NCBI RefSeq assembly: GCF_001465295.1
Contig: NZ_CP011034.1
Location: 1,320,001-1,352,000, forward strand
Reading direction: 5' to 3'
DNA: 32,000 bases
DNA from: Pseudoalteromonas translucida KMM 520
GTDB lineage: Bacteria > Pseudomonadota > Gammaproteobacteria > Enterobacterales > Alteromonadaceae
The position numbers were made by a program, and so were the translations under genes. Every line of letters begins with the position of its first letter. The first letter of the stretch is position 1. Under the pieces are notes generated by a model that was given only the letters and a program-made list of their open reading frames with translations, was not told where the DNA came from and made no database searches. Positions 1 to 5,981 of this stretch are shown here, one piece after another.

Positions 1-1
1 G

Positions 2-223
2 AGAACTCGAGCTAAGACAATACTGGTTACGTGGTTAAAAACTATTAACACGGATTATTTTACTATTGGCGACCCTGGTACATTTAACCCATATCAAGCT
101 AATACGTTTCAAAACGTGCCTGTTGGACAGCAGTATAATTACCACGTCTACCATGTTGATGGTGCCGCATCTGAAGAGTTAGCAGACCAATTAGAACAGT
201 ACATTAATTGGGATTGGCCATAA
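2..223 (+). CDS. 3' end of an unidentified CDS (partial, enters from the left edge)
   Basis: Frame 2 is open from the window edge to TAA at 221-223. My translation ends ...DPGTFNPYQANTFQNVPVGQQYNYHVYHVDGAASEELADQLEQYINWDWP*. It is absent from the ORF track because no start codon lies in the window. No family recognised. Confidence 0.4.
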   Translation, partial: RTRAKTILVTWLKTINTDYFTIGDPGTFNPYQANTFQNVPVGQQYNYHVYHVDGAASEELADQLEQYINWDWP

Positions 224-310
224 GCTAGATAGTGTTTTCAGATACAGATTCAATAATTAGCAGTAAAGGTAGCTTCGTGTTTGATTAACATTTAACGAGT
301 GCATTACACC

Positions 311-459
311 AGATTGCAAAGATTGCAGGTATAGCGATAACTGCGCACTATAAAAACAAATAACTCATTGAAAATATTTAAAAATAACCACTGCGCACAT
401 ATAAGTTGCGCAATTACTGCGACATAATGCGCATGAGTGCACCTGCTGCGCACTAAAGC
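311..459. promoter_or_regulatory. Cluster of TGCGCA-core boxes (candidate operator/promoter array) upstream of the accessory cassette
   Basis: CTGCGCAC occurs at 341-348, 391-398 and 446-453 (spacing 50 and 55 bp). Each copy is followed directly by a TA-rich hexamer: TATAAA 349-354, TATAAG 400-405, TAAAGC 454-459. Palindromes TTGCGCAA (406-413), ATGCGCAT (427-434) and GTGCAC (437-442) lie between them. There is a degenerate ACTGCGAC at 416-423 and a tandem AGATTGCA at 311-318 and 320-327. Confidence 0.5.
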
Positions 460-545
460 ATGAAGTGAAAATGACGCTAAGGCAGCGTGTGTTACCCATA
501 AATTAACAGCTATGGACGAAACTGCTAAAAAGGAGAAGGCGAATA

Positions 546-1277
546 ATGGAGAAATTTGGAAGGTGCTTTAAATGGATAACTTTCACTTACGTGATATTAG
601 TTCTGGTCATAATTTTTGCTTACGGTTTTTTTGTTAAAGGAGGTAGCTGGGGCAGTTTAAGTGATGTTGTTATTGCTGTATTTACAGTACTCATTGCTTA
701 TACAACAAACATGCTATTAATTGCTGCTTGGCTTACTAGTAGCTCTTGGTTAGACCAGAGCAAACATAGCTCAGCTCAAGAGCTTCTTTTGTCACTTTCT
801 GAATACTACTTTACTATTCATGAAATTAAGACGATGTATATTGAGAAGAGATTTCTTGAAAGCTTTACCAAAATAACTCCGAATAATTATCATAAGCTCT
901 CCAGCCAAGCGTTAAAGTATTTCGAAGGGACACCTAAAAACGCCACACCAGCTCAACTTGCGCCTTTTTTGGATTTCATATTGCCCACATTTAAAGAGGA
1001 AGCTGAAAAACTAAAGCCTCAAATTTACGCAATTAAGGAAAAATTAAATCAGCTCAAATTTGAAGTTATGACAAAGGCAAGCCCATTCGCAATAGAGATC
1101 GAGCATTTAGATTTTGATTTAATAACAGAGATTAATTTCATGCTAACGATAGATGAAAACATGCACAAAAACGCCAGCCAATTATTTGATAAACTTAGTG
1201 CCGCCACTGGTTATGATGGCTTTAAGTTAATGTATATCGCAGACCCAGTAAAAGACGGGCTATTCAAGGATGCTTGA
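546..1277 (+). CDS. Two-TM membrane protein with a cytoplasmic helical C-terminal domain, unknown family (cassette gene A)
   Basis: AGGAG at 531-535 precedes ATG 546. Two hydrophobic helices are present (WITFTYVILVLVIIFAYGFFV and VVIAVFTVLIAYTTNMLLIAAWL), followed by about 180 aa of polar sequence. The stop overlaps the next start (ATGCTTGA). The gene is AT-rich. Confidence 0.75.
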   Translation: MEKFGRCFKWITFTYVILVLVIIFAYGFFVKGGSWGSLSDVVIAVFTVLIAYTTNMLLIAAWLTSSSWLDQSKHSSAQELLLSLSEYYFTIHEIKTMYIEKRFLESFTKITPNNYHKLSSQALKYFEGTPKNATPAQLAPFLDFILPTFKEEAEKLKPQIYAIKEKLNQLKFEVMTKASPFAIEIEHLDFDLITEINFMLTIDENMHKNASQLFDKLSAATGYDGFKLMYIADPVKDGLFKDA

Positions 1278-1644
1278 TAGTAATTTTAACAAAGCTGATT
1301 TATATCTTGATTTACCTCATGGCGTATCAGGCTTAATTGAGAAAAACAAAAACGCCACTTTCTACGGCATCGCCAGTGGTCGCTCAATGGAAGGTGTTGG
1401 CATATTCGATGGTGATTTACTTATGATTGATAGAAGCTTAAGTGTAGAGCCTGGTGATGTGATCGTTGCTGTACTTAACGGCCAGTATGTTTGCAAAATA
1501 GCAGACCTTAAAAATAACCTGCTTTTATCTGCAAGTGATGAGTACGGCCCTTATAAACTCAAGGAGGGTGACGAGTTTACATTAGAGGGTGTAGTTAGCA
1601 GCTCAGTTCGCATGCATCGTGGAAATATAAAGGATACTATTTAG
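1270..1644 (+). CDS. S24 peptidase, UmuD'-like, with no cleavable N-terminal arm and no HTH domain (cassette gene B)
   Basis: The SGRSM serine motif (S39) and YVCK lysine (K76) are spaced 37 residues apart, as in UmuD S60/K97 and LexA S119/K156. GDLLMIDRS...GDVIVAVLNGQYVCK...LEGVVSSSVRMHR aligns by eye with UmuD DGDLLIVDS...GDIVIAAVDGEFTVKK...VFGVVIHVVKAMR. An in-frame TAA at 1249-1251 rules out a longer N-terminus. Confidence 0.85.
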   Translation: MLDSNFNKADLYLDLPHGVSGLIEKNKNATFYGIASGRSMEGVGIFDGDLLMIDRSLSVEPGDVIVAVLNGQYVCKIADLKNNLLLSASDEYGPYKLKEGDEFTLEGVVSSSVRMHRGNIKDTI

Positions 1645-1645
1645 C

Positions 1646-2521
1646 ATGTGTAATACAGAAAAAAAACCAAAGCACAAGCAAGTTTTTGCTATTGATGAGA
1701 GTGAAGGATTGCACAAGAACTATTCTTTTAGGCTGGCTATATTTCTACCTATTGTGTTTTCGGCCGCAATAATTATTATATTCTCTTTACAGCTATGGAG
1801 CGATGGCGGATTTAGATTGGGATTTTCACAATCAGAAGTGTCAGCATTTATTAAATATTTTTCATTTCCAATATCTTTATTGCCACTTAGCATTGTTTTT
1901 GGCGTTATGGTTGCGAGGTTCCATTCGTCAAAGCAAAAGGCAAAAAGCAACTTGATTACTGAGGTTAACAATTCAGTAAATTTTTTTTACAAAACACATG
2001 AAGAATTTGATAAATATTGTCAGAAATTATTGGCTGTTGAGCATTCTGTATTTAATAATATTGATTCAGTTATATGTTATGGGTTCCTATTTAAAAACAG
2101 CACGACTAAAAACCCATCTTTAATCATCAATGATGAAACAATTCAGCAAATTGAAAAGTTTTACTTTTTATACTTTAACTGCTTTATGGATTATATTTCT
2201 AGCGAGGAATATAGAAATAGAAATGTGAGACTAGAATATGGAGAGGCACATGGATTTGCAGATTATTATGTAAAAAATTTCCAGCTACAACTTGGTATAG
2301 ATATCAATAGAATATTTTTAATTCACTACATAAAAGACTTTGATAAAAACATTAAATCTATAAATAAAGCATTCTTAAAGTTAATTGCCTTCCCAGGGGT
2401 TGATAATTTTATTGAGTCCCATAAGAGGTTATCTTCTATAGAAGATAACATTTTACGCTTGCTAGACGAGAGTGTTGCCTATCAAGTCGAAGTTAAGAGC
2501 TTGCAAACCCCCCAATCCTGA
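1646..2521 (+). CDS. Two-TM membrane protein with a cytoplasmic C-terminal domain, unknown family (cassette gene C)
   Basis: ATG lies 1 nt after the TAG of gene B. TM helices are FRLAIFLPIVFSAAIIIIFSLQLW and FIKYFSFPISLLPLSIVFGVMVARF. The post-TM segment loosely resembles that of gene A. The gene is very AT-rich. Confidence 0.75.
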   Translation: MCNTEKKPKHKQVFAIDESEGLHKNYSFRLAIFLPIVFSAAIIIIFSLQLWSDGGFRLGFSQSEVSAFIKYFSFPISLLPLSIVFGVMVARFHSSKQKAKSNLITEVNNSVNFFYKTHEEFDKYCQKLLAVEHSVFNNIDSVICYGFLFKNSTTKNPSLIINDETIQQIEKFYFLYFNCFMDYISSEEYRNRNVRLEYGEAHGFADYYVKNFQLQLGIDINRIFLIHYIKDFDKNIKSINKAFLKLIAFPGVDNFIESHKRLSSIEDNILRLLDESVAYQVEVKSLQTPQS

Positions 2522-2543
2522 TATAGTATTTCCCATGTTGAAG

Positions 2544-2581
2544 AAATCCGCTTAGTTTATGACTGAGCGGATTTTTGTTTT
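2544..2581 (+). terminator. Intrinsic terminator closing the A-B-C operon
   Basis: AAATCCGCT (2544-2552) pairs with AGCGGATTT (2566-2574). The stem extends inward by TAGT/ACTG with one G-T pair, leaving a 5-nt loop. TTTTTGTTTT follows. It starts 23 nt after the gene C stop. Confidence 0.75.
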
Positions 2582-2594
2582 AAAAGGACGTAAA

Positions 2595-3380
2595 ATGAAC
2601 AACCAAAATGATAGCAGTACATTAGACTTATTTCGAGAGCGATTAGCTAGCCCGTTTCTATTCACTTTTTTTTGGGTATCGTGTACTTGGAACTGGAAAT
2701 TGATTTATTGGTTTTTATATGAACCACTAAAGCCAAGCATAAAACTTGTACGCTTACCTTTTGAGTGGGAAGTGCTGACTCCTGTTTTAATTACAGTTGC
2801 GGTTATAAGTGTTGTTCCGTGGCTCAATAATGCGGTAGAGATAATAAAACAATTTGCAGAACATCAGTTAAACCTTTGGCTTAATAAGCTGAACTGGAAA
2901 AAAATGGTTACTGAAGCTCAATACCAAAAGTTGGTCGATGAGGTTGCACAGTTAAAGGAGAAGCAGCACCAGCTCGTCAACGATAACATTAAAGCTCAAG
3001 AAAGTGAGATTCAAGCGAAGAAGGAGTTACTTTCTTCGCAAGCGGAAGTTAATTTAAATTTAAAAAAGCTATCTGACCTAGAAAGAGAAAAAACAGCTCT
3101 TTCCACTAAATTATTTGAGGTGGAGAAATGTAGGGCGGTGTTAGGCGATGAATTAGGCCCATTGAAAAAGAAGGTGGAAGAAATAGAAAAAGTGATTAGA
3201 GATAGCATGGGGGAGCTATCTGAGCTGGAGTTTGACTCAAGTGACAGATCATACGCCTGGCTTAATCAACTTACTAAAAGATATAAATATATTATTAGTA
3301 TAATAGATGAAAAAGAAGCTAAATGGCGCTTCAATCAGGCTATATATGAATTAGAGAAAAAGAAAATCAATAATAAATAA
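2595..3380 (+). CDS. Two-TM membrane protein with a long C-terminal coiled coil, unknown family (cassette gene D)
   Basis: AAGGA at 2584-2588 lies 6 nt before ATG 2595. The track start at 2559 sits in the terminator loop. TM helices are FLFTFFWVSCTWNWKLIYWFLY and VLTPVLITVAVISVVPWL. About 110 aa of heptad-like E/K/L/Q-rich sequence follows. Confidence 0.7.
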   Translation: MNNQNDSSTLDLFRERLASPFLFTFFWVSCTWNWKLIYWFLYEPLKPSIKLVRLPFEWEVLTPVLITVAVISVVPWLNNAVEIIKQFAEHQLNLWLNKLNWKKMVTEAQYQKLVDEVAQLKEKQHQLVNDNIKAQESEIQAKKELLSSQAEVNLNLKKLSDLEREKTALSTKLFEVEKCRAVLGDELGPLKKKVEEIEKVIRDSMGELSELEFDSSDRSYAWLNQLTKRYKYIISIIDEKEAKWRFNQAIYELEKKKINNK

Positions 3381-3450
3381 ACTATCTACTTTATTTTATA
3401 GCGCTTATTGCTAATATTTCAACAAGTTAGGTGTTTTACGCCTAGCTAGA

Positions 3451-3476
3451 AAAGCCCGCTTAACTGCGGGCTTTTT
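3451..3476 (+). terminator. Intrinsic terminator after gene D
   Basis: AAAGCCCGC (3451-3459), loop TTAACT, GCGGGCTTT (3466-3474), T-run to 3476. Confidence 0.75.
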
Positions 3477-3524
3477 CGTATGCGCACAATGGTAAGGTTT
3501 TATTAGCCATTTTATTCCTTAGTT

Positions 3525-3554
3525 AAGCCCAGCCCTCACCGGTTGGGCTTTTTT
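3525..3554 (+). terminator. Second tandem intrinsic terminator just upstream of the lysis genes
   Basis: AAGCCCAGCC (3525-3534) pairs with GGTTGGGCTT (3541-3550), with one G-T pair and loop CTCACC. T-run 3549-3554. Confidence 0.7.
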
Positions 3555-3584
3555 ATGCGCGAAACAAATTTATAGGTGGGCGTT

Positions 3585-3935
3585 ATGACAAGCGATAAAG
3601 AAATGTGTAAAGACTTTGAAGATAGCGGGGCGGTGTTTCCAAAAGTTACGCCTGAGCGTATTGAAGAGCTAATGCAGCAGGTTCGATACATTCCGTCATT
3701 AGTAGAGGGGACTACAACAACGCTTGTTGTTAGCGTTCTACCAATTGGGCTAACAGAGTTTACTTTAGCCACCACCACAATGGCATGTGTAGATAAGCGC
3801 AATTTTAATGCTGAAAAGGGCGTTAAGTATTGTATTGAGAAATGCGAAAAAGAAACGCGCAATAAACTGTGGGAGCTTGAGGGTTACGCTTTATCGCAAT
3901 TCATTCAGGCCGGTCATTATGATTATAAAAGCTAA
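3585..3935 (+). CDS. Phage N4 gp49 / Sf6 gp66 family protein
   Basis: AGGTGG at 3574-3579 precedes ATG 3585; the track start at GTG 3576 has no RBS. The pattern VTPERIEEL...TTTTLVVSVLPIGLTEF...ACVDKRNFNAEKGVKYC...KLWELEGYAL matches my recollection of the Pfam Phage_gp49_66 family. Confidence 0.7.
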   Translation: MTSDKEMCKDFEDSGAVFPKVTPERIEELMQQVRYIPSLVEGTTTTLVVSVLPIGLTEFTLATTTMACVDKRNFNAEKGVKYCIEKCEKETRNKLWELEGYALSQFIQAGHYDYKS

Positions 3936-4413
3936 AAGCCTAATCGCGCTTGGACTGACAGGTGTTCTTGCTGCGGTTGGTGTAACGGTTGCTAACTTTG
4001 AAGGTAAAGAGCTGGTTGGTTATGTTGACCCTGTTGGCATTGAAACAGCTTGCTTTGGGCATACTGCTACAGCTATCGCAGGTAAGGAATATACAGAGCA
4101 TGAATGCTTAAATCTGTTTGCGCAGGACTTAGCTGAACATGACGAGCAGTTAAACCATGCTGTATTGGTCCCGCTCACTCGCGGTGAGCACATGGCTTAT
4201 TTATCATTTCATTACAATGTAGGTGCCGGGAACTTTAGGCGCAGCACATTATTAAAATATCTAAACGAAAATCAACGCTTACGAGCGTGTGATGAATTAA
4301 CTCGCTGGGTTTATGCCAATGGGCGCAAGCTTACGGGGCTTGTTAAGCGCAGAGAGCAAGAACGCACAATGTGTCTAGAAGGAGTTAGTAGTAATGTTGA
4401 AATTTCTAGGTAG
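3919..4413 (+). CDS. SAR-type endolysin, GH24 (T4/P21 lysozyme-like)
   Basis: FEGKELVGYVDPVGIETACFGHT carries the canonical E-x8-D-x5-T catalytic triad. The N-terminus MIIKAKSLIALGLTGVLAAVGVTVA is a Gly/Ala-rich weakly hydrophobic helix typical of signal-arrest-release domains. ATG 3919 overlaps the stop of the upstream gene. The track start at 3808 would overlap that gene by 128 nt. Confidence 0.85.
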   Translation: MIIKAKSLIALGLTGVLAAVGVTVANFEGKELVGYVDPVGIETACFGHTATAIAGKEYTEHECLNLFAQDLAEHDEQLNHAVLVPLTRGEHMAYLSFHYNVGAGNFRRSTLLKYLNENQRLRACDELTRWVYANGRKLTGLVKRREQERTMCLEGVSSNVEISR

Positions 4414-4900
4414 CGTAGAGCGAGTTATTATAGCTGCGTTAATAGTCACGATACTGGCGCTTACTTACTCAGCGAACAACCTCAGAAAAAAGTCTATAAC
4501 AGATGGTCAAGCACTCGAAAATTTAGAGTTGGCTTTAGATAAAGCTGCGCAGACAAACAAATATTTAAGCCAAAGCGTAAAGCTATCAGAGCAGAGCAAC
4601 GCAAAACTACTGAAAGAGCGTAAATCACTTGAGGCCATTAATGCCCAACACAGTGATGAGCTTGCATTGCTCAACTCACAAATAAACATCGCACAAGAAA
4701 ACATTCAAAAACTAAGGGGTTCAAATGACAGCACAATTAAAGCCTGGGCTAATCATTGCGTGCCTGATTATGCTATCAGCTTGCTCAAGTACGCGGAGCC
4801 CCAAAGTTGTAACAGAAACAATAGTACAAACACAGTACAAGTACCTACTGCCGCCAGCGGTGTTTTACCAGGCGTGCGAAGTGGCAAAATCAAATTCTAA
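4394..4900 (+). CDS. i-spanin (Rz-like)
   Basis: GGAG at 4381-4384. There is one N-terminal TM (VIIAALIVTILALTYSA) followed by a periplasmic coiled coil. The start overlaps the endolysin stop. A lipoprotein gene begins in a different reading frame inside its 3' end. Confidence 0.8.
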   Translation: MLKFLGSVERVIIAALIVTILALTYSANNLRKKSITDGQALENLELALDKAAQTNKYLSQSVKLSEQSNAKLLKERKSLEAINAQHSDELALLNSQINIAQENIQKLRGSNDSTIKAWANHCVPDYAISLLKYAEPQSCNRNNSTNTVQVPTAASGVLPGVRSGKIKF

Positions 4901-5012
4901 TGTTAGCGATACCGCTAGCTTATTAGCTTACACACGCTACCTGGAGTCTTTGATAGATACTTGCAATGAAAATACTAAACGAATTAAACAATGGGCATTG
5001 GACAATGGATAA
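4725..5012 (+). CDS. o-spanin lipoprotein (Rz1-like), overlapped architecture
   Basis: AAGGGG RBS. The signal peptide ends in the lipobox L-S-A-C (Cys20). The gene starts inside the i-spanin in another frame and runs 112 nt past its stop. Confidence 0.8.
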   Translation: MTAQLKPGLIIACLIMLSACSSTRSPKVVTETIVQTQYKYLLPPAVFYQACEVAKSNSNVSDTASLLAYTRYLESLIDTCNENTKRIKQWALDNG

Positions 5013-5295
5013 GCAAACAACAGTGTATAGCTACACTGCAAGCATCGGCACTGCTGCTGGCGGTCTTATGTCATTGAATACTTTAGCCCTGTTGTTAGGA
5101 ATAGTCTTTACAGCCGCAACGTTTTTCATTAACTGGCGCAGTCAAAAGCACCGCCTTGAGATTGAGCTGCAAAAACGCAAAGAAGATGCTGAATTTCATC
5201 GTGCGCGCATGGCAAAACTGTCGGGCGATGATGTAAACCATTACAACAAGCGGGTAATGAAGGATGATCGCCGGTGTCAAAATGGGCCGATTTAA
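5005..5295 (+). CDS. Holin, two TMDs (possibly a pinholin)
   Basis: ATG 5005 overlaps the o-spanin stop (ATGGATAA). TMD1 ASIGTAAGGLMSL is Gly/Ala-rich and TMD2 is LALLLGIVFTAATFFINW. The C-terminal tail is highly charged. The track start at 4966 is less likely. Confidence 0.65.
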   Translation: MDKQTTVYSYTASIGTAAGGLMSLNTLALLLGIVFTAATFFINWRSQKHRLEIELQKRKEDAEFHRARMAKLSGDDVNHYNKRVMKDDRRCQNGPI

Positions 5296-5981
5296 ACGAG
5301 CTGTTTTTAAAGGAGCATGCTGAAAAGGGTATCGGGCCTCTTGAGTTTTGCGAAAGCAATGGCCTGAATTACGCCACCGCCAGGCGATATATAAAACTAC
5401 CGCAAGCGAATTTAAAGAATGCCCCTAAACAGCGCAAGACTAAAGACGGTAAAAAAAGACCTGGCGTTAAGCCTGGTACCAGAAACCGAAGCATAGTTAA
5501 GCATGGTGGTTACTCAAAGTATTTTGAAAACAATATTAATCAACTTGTCGAAGGTACAACACTTGAAGATGAGCTAGACCTTTGCCGCGCTCGCATTCAC
5601 ATGGTTATGGATGCTATTGAGGGTATTCAAAAGCTTTTAGATAACCCTGAAACAGACAATGATGCAAAAACACGACTTTATGAGTCGCTATTTAAAGCTG
5701 AAATGTCGCTTGATAGAAACGTTTGCAGAGCTGAGTCGATAACTAAAACATTATCGAGCATTAAAACAGACTCGCTTGCACGCGGTAAATTGATTGCTGA
5801 AACATCACGAATTACACAGCAGACCAAAGCACTGGTTCATTCTACTAAGCGCGGCAAGCACCAGGCAGAAATTTCAGAGCATGAAGCGATTAAAGCACGC
5901 AAAGAAGCAGGCGGTACCAGTAAGCTTGATGATTATATTGATAAACGTACTGGCGGTTTAGATACCGTGGTTAGTCAATAA
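5274..5981 (+). CDS. Terminase small subunit
   Basis: GTG start with GAAGGA upstream. The N-terminus is HTH-like (LEFCESNGLNYATARRYIK), followed by a basic linker and a helical oligomerisation-like region. It lies immediately upstream of, and overlaps, the large terminase. Confidence 0.75.
   Translation: MSKWADLNELFLKEHAEKGIGPLEFCESNGLNYATARRYIKLPQANLKNAPKQRKTKDGKKRPGVKPGTRNRSIVKHGGYSKYFENNINQLVEGTTLEDELDLCRARIHMVMDAIEGIQKLLDNPETDNDAKTRLYESLFKAEMSLDRNVCRAESITKTLSSIKTDSLARGKLIAETSRITQQTKALVHSTKRGKHQAEISEHEAIKARKEAGGTSKLDDYIDKRTGGLDTVVSQ

Noticed and set aside
224-545. The intergenic regions 224-545 and 3381-3584 were searched for a tRNA, att core or inverted repeats marking a mobile-element boundary around the cassette.
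   Set aside because: No cloverleaf-compatible sequence or T-loop GTTCRANYC-like motif was seen. No long direct or inverted repeats flank 546-3380. Only the short TGCGCAC motif is shared between the two regions.
512-571. A 19-codon upstream ORF (MDETAKKEKANNGEIWKVL) overlapping the gene A start, as a possible leader peptide.
   Set aside because: It has no RBS and no recognisable attenuator logic. It is too short to support from sequence alone.
3808-3918. The 37-codon N-terminal extension of the endolysin ORF as given in the track.
   Set aside because: It would overlap the gp49-family gene by 128 nt in another frame, and it is basic junk sequence. ATG 3919 yields a canonical SAR N-terminus and overlaps the upstream stop.
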